Sequence record: SRR31156797_6066
Reading direction: 5' to 3' (one strand)
DNA: 64,000 nucleotides
Part shown: positions 1 to 10,186 of the stretch, one piece after another
How positions within the stretch are numbered: the stretch's first letter is position 1
Layout: every line of letters starts with the position of its first letter
Notes under the pieces: generated by a model
Seen by the model: only the letters and a program-made list of their open reading frames with translations
Told to the model about the DNA's origin: nothing
Database searches by the model: none
Translations under genes and position numbers: made by a program

Positions 1-30
1 AGCGAGATGAAATTTCATCTCGCTTTTTTT
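1..30 (+). terminator. Intrinsic terminator of a + strand gene lying left of the window
   Basis: AGCGAGATGAA/TTCATCTCGCT inverted repeat followed by a T-run. Confidence 0.75.
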
Positions 31-59
31 ATGATTAAAATTTAATACAATAAAGCAAT

Positions 60-88
60 AAAAAAGAGCTGTAAAGTATACAGCTCTT
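60..88 (-). terminator. Intrinsic terminator of the dcw/yqeY transcript
   Basis: AAGAGCTGTA-AAGTA-TACAGCTCTT hairpin preceded on + by an A-run (U-tail on -), ~25 nt after the yqeY stop. Confidence 0.75.
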
Positions 89-110
89 GAATCTATTTTT
101 TGATCAGGAA

Positions 111-557
111 TTAAGACAACAATGCCTTTACTTTATCAGCAACCAATTTCCCATCAGCTTTACCTGACAATTGTTTTGTAGCCATTCCCATAACTTTTCC
201 CATCTCTTTCATCGAGGTAGCTCCTGTATCAGCAATAATTTTCTGAACAGCTGCTGTCAACTCCTCATCGCTCATTTGAGCTGGAAGATACACTTCAAGA
301 AAACCCATTTCCATAATTTCCTTATCAGCTAAATCTTCACGTCCGCCAGTTTTATAAGTTTCGGCAGCATCTTTACGTTGCTTTACCAATTTCTGAATAA
401 TCTTAACACCTACAGCATCTTCTATTTCCGAAGCTCCGGTCTTAGTCATTTCCATTGTAAATGCACTTTTTACTGAACGTATCGCTTGAAGTTTGTCTTT
501 ATCCTTTGCTTTCATTGCAGATTTCATGTCTGCATTAATTTGTTCTAATAAACTCAT
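111..557 (-). CDS. yqeY: GatB/YqeY domain-containing protein
   Basis: DMKSAMKAKDK, KQRKDAAETY..GGREDLA, YLPAQMS, MGKVMG motifs; usual position after ftsZ in Bacteroidota. Confidence 0.92.
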   Translation of the reverse strand: MSLLEQINADMKSAMKAKDKDKLQAIRSVKSAFTMEMTKTGASEIEDAVGVKIIQKLVKQRKDAAETYKTGGREDLADKEIMEMGFLEVYLPAQMSDEELTAAVQKIIADTGATSMKEMGKVMGMATKQLSGKADGKLVADKVKALLS

Positions 558-611
558 GTTATTATAATTTTTGAGTGAATATCAATTTTAATACATCCAA
601 CCAGGTTGAAT

Positions 612-1847
612 CTATTCGTCATCCAATGTAAATTTAATTACATTTCCCGAACGATATTGCTTCTCTTTTAAATTCTTTTGCTTCCTCTTGTATGCAGGTA
701 TGCTTTCAATTTCATCAATTTCTGATTCTTTTAAATCAGTTAGAATCATTTTTTTCTCTTCAATTGGCTCTGGCTCTTCGTTCAACTTCATTTTTGTTTG
801 TTGAGCCGAATTTCCCGACCCGCGAGTAGCACGAAATGCATTTGATCTGTTTTTTTCAACTTCTTCGGTTATTCCACCATTTTCAAAACCTGTTGCGATA
901 ATAGTAACACATACCTTGTTTCCTAAAGCCTCATCCTGACCAGTACCCCAAATTATTGAAGCACTATCACCAACAGCTTCCTGTACGTAATCGGTAATTT
1001 CACCAACCTCGTCCATGGTAACCTCTTCGCCTCCCGAACTAATATTCAACAGAATATTTCTTGCACCTCTAACATCGTTACTATTCAATAACGGAGAGGT
1101 AAGCGCCTCACGAATTGCCATTACCGCTCTGTCTTCACCTTCGGCACTTGCCGATCCCATAACTGCGACACCACTATCGGTCATCACCGTCTTAACATCT
1201 TCAAAGTCGACGTTTATGTATCCGTGTAGAGTAATAATTTCAGCGATTCCTTTGGCTGCCGTTGCCAAAACATCATCAGCCTTCGAGAAAGCTGTTGACA
1301 GCTTTAAATCGCCGTAAATCTCACTCAATTTTTCATTATTGATTACCAATAAAGAGTCAACATTCTCTTTTAGCTTATTGATCCCTTCAAGCGCTTGATT
1401 CAATCGTACTCTACCCTCAAATCGGAATGGAATGGTAACAATACCTACAGTTAAAATTCCCGCTTCCTTAGCGGCTTTAGCAATAACAGGAGCAGCTCCT
1501 GTTCCAGTACCACCTCCCATTCCTGCTGTGATAAAAACCATTTTGGTATTATCAGAAAGTACTTCATTTACATCATCCAGGTTTTCAATAGCCGATTGAG
1601 CTCCTCTTTCGGGCTTGTTACCAGCTCCTCTACCTTCGGTTAGCGATTCGCCCAATTGAATTTTAACAGGTATCTGGCTATTTTCCAAAGCCTGAGCATC
1701 TGTATTGCAGATTACAAAATCCACATCCTTAATACCCTGATGATACATATAGTTTACGGCATTTCCACCACCACCTCCAACACCAATTACCTTTATAATT
1801 GATGATTCATTTTCGGCTAAGCTAAAATCCATTAAATCCTCTGTCAT
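612..1847 (-). CDS. ftsZ: Cell division protein FtsZ, downstream copy with canonical C-terminal peptide
   Basis: [27 protein letters not shown] tubulin signature, T7 loop GYINVDFEDV, C-terminal IESIPAYKRK. Confidence 0.97.
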   Translation of the reverse strand: MTEDLMDFSLAENESSIIKVIGVGGGGGNAVNYMYHQGIKDVDFVICNTDAQALENSQIPVKIQLGESLTEGRGAGNKPERGAQSAIENLDDVNEVLSDNTKMVFITAGMGGGTGTGAAPVIAKAAKEAGILTVGIVTIPFRFEGRVRLNQALEGINKLKENVDSLLVINNEKLSEIYGDLKLSTAFSKADDVLATAAKGIAEIITLHGYINVDFEDVKTVMTDSGVAVMGSASAEGEDRAVMAIREALTSPLLNSNDVRGARNILLNISSGGEEVTMDEVGEITDYVQEAVGDSASIIWGTGQDEALGNKVCVTIIATGFENGGITEEVEKNRSNAFRATRGSGNSAQQTKMKLNEEPEPIEEKKMILTDLKESEIDEIESIPAYKRKQKNLKEKQYRSGNVIKFTLDDE

Positions 1848-1873
1848 TATATATTCCTTAATTCGTTACTCCA

Positions 1874-3175
1874 CTACATTGGAGTATCTTTGTTATCAAA
1901 AATATTCGAGAAGCTCTTTTTAAACCAACCATCAATACTTCCATGATTTTCTTCCTCCTCTTCCATCTCCTCATTCTCAATTTCAGCTTCGGCAACTTTT
2001 TCTTGCACTTGTTGTGTTTGAGTATGACTCTGAACTTTTTGTTCTTCAGATCTTTTACGCATTAACTCTTCTCGGCGCTGCATTTCTTCTCTGCGTTTTG
2101 CCGCAGCTTTTTCCTCCTCAGCTGCTGGATTCTCAATGATTAATTCCAACTTCGACTCCTCTTCAGGTCTTGTGCGAGGCTGAATCATTAATTCAGGAAT
2201 CGGGTTCTCAGAAAAACCAGTAGCAATAATGGTAACGCTTAATTCTTCGCCCATTTTTTCGCTATAACCATTACCCCAAATCACACTAACATCATCACCC
2301 ACCACATCGTGAACGTAATCAGTAATCTGACTTACTTCCTGCATAGTAACCTCTTCGCTACCTGAAATGATGTTAAGAAGAATGTTACGCGCCCCTACAA
2401 TGTTATTACTATTTAAAAGTGGCGAATTTAGAGCTTCTTCGATAGCTCTAATCGAACGATCCTCACCAGTAGCCGATGCAGAACCCATTACCGCAACACC
2501 ACTATTTCTCATCACTGTTTCAACATCCGCGAAGTCGACGTTTACATAACCGGGAACTGTGATAATCTCGGCAATACTTTTCGCTGCAACTGATAAAACA
2601 GTATCGGCTTCGGCAAATGCATCAGACAATTTTAAGTCTCCATACATCATTCGAAGCTTCTCATTATTTATAATTAGAAGTGCATCAACATGTTTTTCCA
2701 GATTTTCTATTCCTTCTAATGCCTGTTGAATACGCTTTTTTCCTTCAAATCTAAAAGGAATGGTTACAATTCCAACCGTAAGAACATCTTGTTCCCTCGC
2801 TGCCTCGGCAATTACCGGTGCTGCACCAGTTCCGGTTCCACCACCCATTCCTGCAGTAACAAACACCATTTTGGTTTTCTGACTCAATACTTTATTGATA
2901 TCATCTAAACTTTCAATAGCTGATTCTCTTCCCCGCTCAGGTTTATTTCCAGCGCCACGACCTTCGGTTAAAGATCTTCCCAACTGTACTTTAATTGGCA
3001 CCGGGCTATTTTCGAGAGCTTGTGCATCAGTATTGCAAATTACAAAATCAACCCCCGTAATTCCTTCTTTTAACATGTGGTTTACAGCGTTTCCTCCGCC
3101 TCCACCAACACCAATTACTTTTATAATGGATTTTTCTTTTGGTTCAAAATCAACCGGTAATAATTCGTCAATCAT
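1874..3175 (-). CDS. ftsZ: Cell division protein FtsZ, upstream paralog ending in an FtsA-like amphipathic tail
   Basis: [28 protein letters not shown]7 loop [11 protein letters not shown]; no PAYxR peptide; ends [18 protein letters not shown]. Confidence 0.95.
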   Translation of the reverse strand: MIDELLPVDFEPKEKSIIKVIGVGGGGGNAVNHMLKEGITGVDFVICNTDAQALENSPVPIKVQLGRSLTEGRGAGNKPERGRESAIESLDDINKVLSQKTKMVFVTAGMGGGTGTGAAPVIAEAAREQDVLTVGIVTIPFRFEGKKRIQQALEGIENLEKHVDALLIINNEKLRMMYGDLKLSDAFAEADTVLSVAAKSIAEIITVPGYVNVDFADVETVMRNSGVAVMGSASATGEDRSIRAIEEALNSPLLNSNNIVGARNILLNIISGSEEVTMQEVSQITDYVHDVVGDDVSVIWGNGYSEKMGEELSVTIIATGFSENPIPELMIQPRTRPEEESKLELIIENPAAEEEKAAAKRREEMQRREELMRKRSEEQKVQSHTQTQQVQEKVAEAEIENEEMEEEEENHGSIDGWFKKSFSNIFDNKDTPM

Positions 3176-3209
3176 GATATCACAGTTTTAGGGTTACTAC
3201 ATCTCTTTT

Positions 3210-4472
3210 CTACATATCCACATCATGGGTATCAAACAATGAACCAAGAATAGTTCTCAATCCTCGTTTCTTTTTAGGTTTATCATTTTCTACTGCCCGT
3301 TCTACTTTCTTTTTAACTGGTTTTTCCAAACCTTTCAACAAGAGACCAATTGATGTAGAATACATCGGCTGATCCATATTTTCATCAAGTAAAATTTTAC
3401 TTGAATTTCCAGGAAAACCAAGTCTCACATCCAATCCAGTTCTTTCTCTAGCCAATTGATCCAAATTTTTCAACAATGCACCTCCTCCAGTTAATACAAT
3501 ACCAGCTCCAATTTTATCATGTAATCCGGTAATTTCGATCTGAAATTTCACACTATCGATAATCTCTTCCATACGGCACTGAATAATCTGCGCCAGAGTT
3601 TTAAAAGAAATCTCCTTAGGATCCCAACCACCTACACTCGGGATGGTAACAACTTTATCGTCGTCAGCCAAATCGGCAACCGCTTCACCAAACTGAATTT
3701 TTAAAGCTTCGGCTTGTTTCAAAAGCACAGAACATCCCTCTTTAATATCCCGCGTAACGATATCTCCACCAAATGGAATAACTGCCGTATGTCGAAGTAT
3801 ACCATCGAAATGAACTGTAATATCAGTAGTCCCTCCGCCTATGTCAACAAGAACAACTCCTGCTTCCTTTTCTTCTTCGGTTAAAACAGCAAGTGAAGAT
3901 GCAAGTGGTTCCAATACCAATTCTTCAATTTCAAGATCGACTTCCTTCACACACTTTTCAATATTGCGTGCTGATGCGGTACGCCCAATGATAATATTAA
4001 AATTACCATCCAATCGTCTACCCGCCATCCCTACCGGGTTACGAATACCAGCTTCCTTGTCGACCACAAAATCCTGAGGAATAACATGTAAAATTTGTTC
4101 TCCAACCTCAATCGGAAGACGAAAATTCTCATTTAAAATTTCGTCAACATCAGCTTTAGTGATCTCCTCGATTTCGTTCTGAATGTATTTAAATTGCCTG
4201 TGCTTAATACTACGAATGTGCTGTCCGGCAATTCCGACGTACACTCGGGAAATATCTTCATTCGAATTCTCTTTCAAACGCACAACAACTTCACTTATCG
4301 CCTCAATCGTGTCTTCGATACTGTGAATTACTCCCCGCTTTACTCCCTTCGATCCTGTTTTCTCCATCCCGAGAACTCTTAACTTCCCTTCTGGAGTAAG
4401 CTTTCCCATAATGGCAACAATTTTTGTTGTACCAATATCAATAGCAGCGATTATGTTGTTTCTACCTGTCAT
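3210..4472 (-). CDS. ftsA: Cell division protein FtsA
   Basis: AIDIGTTKI, LVDIGGGTTD, GIVLTGGGA actin-like ATPase motifs; between ftsQ and ftsZ. Confidence 0.97.
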   Translation of the reverse strand: MTGRNNIIAAIDIGTTKIVAIMGKLTPEGKLRVLGMEKTGSKGVKRGVIHSIEDTIEAISEVVVRLKENSNEDISRVYVGIAGQHIRSIKHRQFKYIQNEIEEITKADVDEILNENFRLPIEVGEQILHVIPQDFVVDKEAGIRNPVGMAGRRLDGNFNIIIGRTASARNIEKCVKEVDLEIEELVLEPLASSLAVLTEEEKEAGVVLVDIGGGTTDITVHFDGILRHTAVIPFGGDIVTRDIKEGCSVLLKQAEALKIQFGEAVADLADDDKVVTIPSVGGWDPKEISFKTLAQIIQCRMEEIIDSVKFQIEITGLHDKIGAGIVLTGGGALLKNLDQLARERTGLDVRLGFPGNSSKILLDENMDQPMYSTSIGLLLKGLEKPVKKKVERAVENDKPKKKRGLRTILGSLFDTHDVDM

Positions 4473-4473
4473 T

Positions 4474-5205
4474 CTAATTCTTTTTTGTACAAACCACCTG
4501 ATTTTCGTACTTCAGGCTGATTCTTTTGTATTTGTTCCAACCGGTTTTTGAAAAACCGCTGGTGTACAAAGCATAAAGCTTTTGAAACTTTTTCTGATAA
4601 TTCTCGACACTACCCAATTCTATTTTATGTGCACCAACTCGAGGAACTAAAATATACTCTTTTCCACTTGTTACATGTACTTGGGTTATTTGCGACTTCC
4701 AAAATTCATCATTTGTAATAAATTTTACCAGCTCCAAAAGCTCTTCTTTTATCAATATATCATTTACTGCCCCTGAAACGACTAAAACTCGTGACGTAAA
4801 TTTTGTTGACAAAGGCATTTTCTTTCCTTCCTCATCAATGTAATATCCTTTTCCCTTCAAAATTCGAACAATTGGTTTACGCTGATGAATTTCAACAACC
4901 AACTTTCCCGATAAGGAACTATATACTTCTGACTTTTTTACGTAAGGAACTTCATCAATCATATCTTCCAAAATCTCTTTATTCACTGAAGATATCGAAT
5001 TTCCTTCCCAATTAGGGTATTTCTTTTTTACTATTTTTTCAACATCACGATTGCTAACAAAACCACTTCTCACACTGTCTTGTACCTTAACTTTAATGGT
5101 ACTAAAAGTTAGTTCTTCTTTCTTATCACCTACGAAAGAGAAACTTACAATTAAATATCCCAATAAAGATACCCAAACCAATATGACAGTAATTTTTCTT
5201 AGCAT
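4474..5205 (-). CDS. ftsQ: Cell division protein FtsQ/DivIB
   Basis: N-terminal TM helix, POTRA-like region, Bacteroidota-type end GWNKYKRISLKYENQVVCTK; start moved to ATG 5205 just after the murC stop. Confidence 0.88.
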   Translation of the reverse strand: MLRKITVILVWVSLLGYLIVSFSFVGDKKEELTFSTIKVKVQDSVRSGFVSNRDVEKIVKKKYPNWEGNSISSVNKEILEDMIDEVPYVKKSEVYSSLSGKLVVEIHQRKPIVRILKGKGYYIDEEGKKMPLSTKFTSRVLVVSGAVNDILIKEELLELVKFITNDEFWKSQITQVHVTSGKEYILVPRVGAHKIELGSVENYQKKFQKLYALYTSGFSKTGWNKYKRISLKYENQVVCTKKN

Positions 5206-5206
5206 A

Positions 5207-6574
5207 TTATTGTTTTTCAATCAGCATTTCTTTAATCGGCTCAACCAATTTATCAATATCACCTGCACCAAGTGTCAAAAGCACTTCCAAATCTTTATTT
5301 TTCAAGATATTTACTAATTCTTCCTTAGCACACAATTGTGCAGGAATCTCAATTTTATCTAAAATTATATTCGAATTTACTCCTTCAATAGGCAATTCCC
5401 TTGCTGGATAAATATCCAATAAAATTACTTCATCGAGTAAATTCAAGCTGCTTGCAAAGCCATCTACAAAATCACGAGTACGTGTATACAAATGCGGCTG
5501 AAAAATCCCGGTTATTTTCTTTTGAGGATAAATTGCGCGAACTGAAGAAATACTCTCCTTCAATTCTTTAGGATGATGCGCATAATCGTCAATAAAAACA
5601 ATATTTTCTTGTCTGATTTGATAATCAAACCTACGTCGAACACCTTCAAATCCAGATAATGCTTTTCTTAATTCCTCCTCACTTACCCCACTTAACAAAG
5701 CTACACTACTTGCTGCTATGGCATTTTCAACATTTATCTTACCCGGATAAGAGAAACGCAATTGCTCAATTACACCTTCTGGATAAACCAAATCGAACTC
5801 ATAAAATCCTTCAATCAAGTTCAAATTCTTAGCGTAGAAATCAGCCTCTTCCTCCAAAGAATAAGAATATGTGCTGATTTCTTTGGCAGGAAGAGATAAT
5901 CCTTTTTTATGAACTAAAATTCCTCCTTTTTTTATTTGACCAGCAAATTCACGAAAACTTTTTTCCAGTTCCGATTTGTCTCCATAAATATCCAGATGAT
6001 CAGCATCCATTGATGTTATCAAAGCTATTTTAGGGTGTAATTGCAAAAATGATCGATCAAATTCGTCTGCCTCAAGAATTACCCAAGGGCTATCCTTGGA
6101 AAGCAATAGGTTTGATTGATAATTTCTTGATATCCCACCTAAAAAAGCATTGCATCCTAATACAGATGATTTAAAAATATGAGCTGTAATTGTCGAAACT
6201 GTCGTTTTTCCATGTGTTCCTGCAATTCCAACACCATTTAAATCATTGGAAAGTAATCCTAACACCTGAGAACGTTTCATGATATTGAAATTATTCAATC
6301 GGAAATAGGATAACTGCTGATGATCTTTTGGAATGGCAGGAGTGAATACTACCAAAGTGTTCTCTTTATTCGTAAACTCTGTTGGAATGGTATCCAAATC
6401 GTCCTCAAATGTGATTCTAAGTCCTTCTTGCTGCAATTCACTTGTAAGCTTTGTTGAAGTTCTATCGTATCCAAACACATTTTTCCCAATAGAATGGAAA
6501 TAACGCGCAATAGCACTCATTCCGATTCCACCGATTCCAACAAAATATATATTTTTAAAATCTTTAATTTGCAT
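5207..6574 (-). CDS. murC: UDP-N-acetylmuramate--L-alanine ligase
   Basis: GIGGIGMSAIA, AGTHGKTT, EADEFDRSF, DDYAHHP, FQPHLYTRT. Confidence 0.97.
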   Translation of the reverse strand: MQIKDFKNIYFVGIGGIGMSAIARYFHSIGKNVFGYDRTSTKLTSELQQEGLRITFEDDLDTIPTEFTNKENTLVVFTPAIPKDHQQLSYFRLNNFNIMKRSQVLGLLSNDLNGVGIAGTHGKTTVSTITAHIFKSSVLGCNAFLGGISRNYQSNLLLSKDSPWVILEADEFDRSFLQLHPKIALITSMDADHLDIYGDKSELEKSFREFAGQIKKGGILVHKKGLSLPAKEISTYSYSLEEEADFYAKNLNLIEGFYEFDLVYPEGVIEQLRFSYPGKINVENAIAASSVALLSGVSEEELRKALSGFEGVRRRFDYQIRQENIVFIDDYAHHPKELKESISSVRAIYPQKKITGIFQPHLYTRTRDFVDGFASSLNLLDEVILLDIYPARELPIEGVNSNIILDKIEIPAQLCAKEELVNILKNKDLEVLLTLGAGDIDKLVEPIKEMLIEKQ

Positions 6575-6577
6575 ATT

Positions 6578-7678
6578 CTATATCATTGCAAGAATTTGTT
6601 CTGCTATATCATCTGCCGCATCCGGTTTTGCCAACTCTTTACAATTTACCGATAAGCGATTCAATTTTTCTTCATCTGTAATTAAAGCTAATGCTTCAGG
6701 TATCATTTTTTGTTCTGCTTCGATATCTTTCACCATAACCGCAGCCTCTTTATTAACTAAAGCCATAGCATTTTTAGTTTGGTGATCTTCCGAAACATTA
6801 GGTGATGGTACCAAAATACTTGGTTTTGCCACCAAACAAAGTTCTGATATGGTTCCTGCTCCAGCTCTTGAGATAACAATATTTGCGGCAGCATAAGCCA
6901 AATCCATTCTGCTTAAAAAATCGGAAACCTTTAAATTAGGAAGATCCCAATTCTTCAATTCCTCTTGTACTTTCTCTATGTAAAATTTACCCGTTTGCCA
7001 GATAATTTGAATATCAGATTGTGAAACTGCATCTAATGATTTCAACACACTGTTATTAATGGTCCTGGCACCAAGGCTTCCTCCAACAATCAGAATTGTT
7101 TTTTTATTGGCATCCAATCCAAAATAATCAACCGCTTCTTCTTTTTTCGATTCAATTTCCATTAAATCTTTCCGAACAGGATTACCTGTTAATATGATTT
7201 TATCTTTAGGAAAAAAACGCTCCATACCTTCGTATGCAACACAAATCTTCTTTGCCTTTTTTGCCAAAAGTTTATTGGTAATTCCTGCATAAGAATTCTG
7301 TTCCTGTATTAAAGCTGGAACTCCCAACTTTGAAGCAACACGTAATAATGGTCCACTGGCATATCCACCAACACCAACAACTGCATCAGGCTGAAAGCCT
7401 TTTACAATTGCCTTTGCTTTCCAAATACTTTTCAGTAAACGAGAAAAAAACTTCAAATTTTCCTTTGAAAAACTTCTTTGTAAGCCTCGAATTGGTAATC
7501 CAATAATATCGTATCCGGCAGCAGGAACTTTTTCCATCTCCATTTTGCCTTCAGCTCCTACAAACAAAATCTCACAATTGGAGTGCTTTTGTTTTAAAGC
7601 ATTCGCAATTGAAATAGCTGGATAAATATGTCCGCCAGTTCCTCCTCCGCTGACTATTATTTTAATTTTCTGCTTCAT
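6578..7678 (-). CDS. murG: Lipid II GlcNAc transferase MurG
   Basis: GGGTGGHIYP, GGYAS, EQN, GNPVR, GGSLGA, RAGAGT, HQTKNA. Confidence 0.97.
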   Translation of the reverse strand: MKQKIKIIVSGGGTGGHIYPAISIANALKQKHSNCEILFVGAEGKMEMEKVPAAGYDIIGLPIRGLQRSFSKENLKFFSRLLKSIWKAKAIVKGFQPDAVVGVGGYASGPLLRVASKLGVPALIQEQNSYAGITNKLLAKKAKKICVAYEGMERFFPKDKIILTGNPVRKDLMEIESKKEEAVDYFGLDANKKTILIVGGSLGARTINNSVLKSLDAVSQSDIQIIWQTGKFYIEKVQEELKNWDLPNLKVSDFLSRMDLAYAAANIVISRAGAGTISELCLVAKPSILVPSPNVSEDHQTKNAMALVNKEAAVMVKDIEAEQKMIPEALALITDEEKLNRLSVNCKELAKPDAADDIAEQILAMI

Positions 7679-8831
7679 TTAATCTCTTTTCTTCTTCGTT
7701 AGCCCAGTTGCTAACACTCAAAATCATTCCGAATGCTGCACTGGTAAAAATCAATGAGGTTCCCCCCATACTTACCAATGGCAAAGGTTGCCCTGTTACA
7801 GGAATTAAATTTACCGATACCGCCATATTGGTTAATGCTTGAAAAACGATACTCAAGGTCAATCCTATCACTAAAAATGCTGGAAAAGTTCTGGTGCATT
7901 TCCTTACAATCAATCCTCCCCGATAAAGCAAAAACAGATAGAATGCCAGTATACTAAATCCTCCTGTCCATCCCATTTCTTCTAAAATTATTGCATATAT
8001 AAAATCGGAATAAGGGTGTGGTAAAAAATTGCGCTGCGTACTATTTCCCGGACCTTTTCCAATGATTCCACCAGAAACAACTGCAATTTTCGATTGCTCA
8101 ACCTGATAGTTCTGACTGTTGTTTATATTCTTCTCATCACCAAAAAAATTCTCGATACGAGAACGAACCGTTTGAATACGACCAACACTTGGCAATAATG
8201 GAGCTGCAGCAATCAATAGTACCAAGGCAATTAATACGGCGCCAACCGTTCCCAGCATGTATTTCTTCGCAACTCTACCAATAAACATCAGCAAGTAACA
8301 AATACCTCCCAATAAAACTGATGTAGAGAAGTCATCCAAGAAAATCAAGCCACAAACTACTCCAATAGGGATAATCAAGTGAAGAAATGCCTCATTTTTA
8401 CATCCGTCCTTTCCCTGATATCTGGATAAGGTTCTGGAAACATGCAATATCAGCGCAAGCTTAGCCAATTCAGATGGTTGAAAATTAAATCCAATTCCAG
8501 GAATGGTAATCCAACGCGAGGCATCATTTAGGTTGGTTCCTATTAATTTGGCAAGTATCAACAAGCCTATAGAAACTATGAGTGTAATATTTGCAAATCC
8601 TGAATAAAATCGATGTGGAATTCTATGCACCACATACATAATACAGAAGCATCCGCCCAATAGGAACAATTGTTTGATGAAAAAATAGGAAGTATTTCCC
8701 CCTTTTACCTTGTAAGCTAAAGTTCCTGTAGAACTATAAACAACGAGTAAGGAAATCATGGATAGAAGTAATATGATGATCCAAATTACTTTATCTCCAC
8801 GCAAACTTAAATTTTTCAACAAGCTTCCCAT
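7662..8831 (-). CDS. ftsW: SEDS family peptidoglycan polymerase FtsW
   Basis: Multi-TM; RWI, FQPSELAK, PHPYSDFIYA, PVTGQPLPLVSMGGTS; overlaps murG start. Confidence 0.95.
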   Translation of the reverse strand: MGSLLKNLSLRGDKVIWIIILLLSMISLLVVYSSTGTLAYKVKGGNTSYFFIKQLFLLGGCFCIMYVVHRIPHRFYSGFANITLIVSIGLLILAKLIGTNLNDASRWITIPGIGFNFQPSELAKLALILHVSRTLSRYQGKDGCKNEAFLHLIIPIGVVCGLIFLDDFSTSVLLGGICYLLMFIGRVAKKYMLGTVGAVLIALVLLIAAAPLLPSVGRIQTVRSRIENFFGDEKNINNSQNYQVEQSKIAVVSGGIIGKGPGNSTQRNFLPHPYSDFIYAIILEEMGWTGGFSILAFYLFLLYRGGLIVRKCTRTFPAFLVIGLTLSIVFQALTNMAVSVNLIPVTGQPLPLVSMGGTSLIFTSAAFGMILSVSNWANEEEKRLNEAEN

Positions 8832-8843
8832 TAATCAGAACAT

Positions 8844-10181
8844 TTACAAATTTCTTACTTCTTCTTTAAATTGTACTCCACGATCTTCGTATGATTTAAA
8901 TAAATCAAAACTCGCACAAGCTGGAGATAACAATACAATTTCATCTTTGTTAGCAATCTCGTATGATAACTTCACTGCCTGTTCCATTGAATTGGCATCA
9001 ACAATAATATCTACCTTGCCATCAAACGCATCGTGAATCTTTTTATTATCGATACCCAAGCAAACAATTCCTTTTACCTTTTCATCTACCAAATCAAAAA
9101 GGACAGAATAGTCGTTTCCTTTATCAACCCCGCCAACAATCCATACTACTGGTTCTTCCATACTTTCCAAAGCATACCAGGTTGAGTTGATATTTGTAGC
9201 TTTTGAATCATTGATAAACTGAATACCTCTAACTTTTACAACTTTCTCCAATCGGTGATCAACACCTTGAAAATCGCTCAAACTTTCGCGTATTGTTTCC
9301 TTTCTGATACGCAAAACACTTCCCGCAATTCCTGAAGCCAAAGAATTATATTCATTATGTATTCCAGGCAATGACAAGTCCTTTTTATCCATAGAAAAGT
9401 TGTATTCGTTACAGTCAATTTTTATAAGTTCATCCTCAATCCAGCCTCCTATTTTCAGTTTTTCTTTTACTGAAAAAGGAAACAATTGAGCTTTAGAGTT
9501 TAGATTCTTCATTTCATTGCTGATGATCTCATCATCGCTACAAAACACAAAAGCATCACATTTTGTAAGATTTTGTGTTATGCGAAATTTAGAAGCTACA
9601 TAGTTTTCCATTTTATAATCGTACCGATCTAAATGATCAGGCGTAATGTTCAATAATATTGCGATATCGGCTTTAAAATCGTACATTCCATCAAGCTGAA
9701 AACTGCTTAGTTCAACCACATAGTGATCGTAATTTTTCTCGGCAACCTGCCAGGCTAAACTTTCACCAACATTACCTGCCAAACCGACGTTTAATCCAGC
9801 CTTTTTCAACATGTGATGTAACATCAATGTTGTGGTTGTTTTTCCATTGCTTCCAGTAATACAAATCATTTTTGCATTGGAATATCTTCCTGCAAATTCG
9901 ATTTCAGATACTACAGGAATCTGTTTCTCCTTTAATTTTAGTATCAAAGGAGCTGTATCAGGAATTCCCGGACTTTTTACAACTTCACTTGCTGACAATA
10001 TCAAATCTTCGCTATGCTGTTCCTCTTCAAATTCAATCTGGTAACTGTTTAGTGCATTTCTATATTTCTCACTAATCTTTCCCAAATCGGAAACAAATAC
10101 TTCGAATCCTTTTGCTTTTGCCAAAACAGCTGCACCAACTCCACTTTCTCCTGCACCTAAAACAACAAGTCTTTTTGCCAT
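8844..10181 (-). CDS. murD: UDP-MurNAc-L-Ala--D-glutamate ligase
   Basis: ITGSNGKTTT, ELSSFQL, DHLDRY, NDSKATN, LLSPACASFD. Confidence 0.97.
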   Translation of the reverse strand: MAKRLVVLGAGESGVGAAVLAKAKGFEVFVSDLGKISEKYRNALNSYQIEFEEEQHSEDLILSASEVVKSPGIPDTAPLILKLKEKQIPVVSEIEFAGRYSNAKMICITGSNGKTTTTLMLHHMLKKAGLNVGLAGNVGESLAWQVAEKNYDHYVVELSSFQLDGMYDFKADIAILLNITPDHLDRYDYKMENYVASKFRITQNLTKCDAFVFCSDDEIISNEMKNLNSKAQLFPFSVKEKLKIGGWIEDELIKIDCNEYNFSMDKKDLSLPGIHNEYNSLASGIAGSVLRIRKETIRESLSDFQGVDHRLEKVVKVRGIQFINDSKATNINSTWYALESMEEPVVWIVGGVDKGNDYSVLFDLVDEKVKGIVCLGIDNKKIHDAFDGKVDIIVDANSMEQAVKLSYEIANKDEIVLLSPACASFDLFKSYEDRGVQFKEEVRNL

Positions 10182-10186
10182 ATGAC

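Noticed and set aside
1190-1230. DFEDV instead of DFADV in the downstream FtsZ T7 loop as an inactivating change
   Set aside because: The catalytic N, D and D residues are retained, and this variant occurs in ordinary FtsZ proteins.
612-3175. Tandem ftsZ as an assembly artefact or pseudogene
   Set aside because: The copies differ throughout in sequence, have unrelated tails, and both keep open frames and catalytic motifs.
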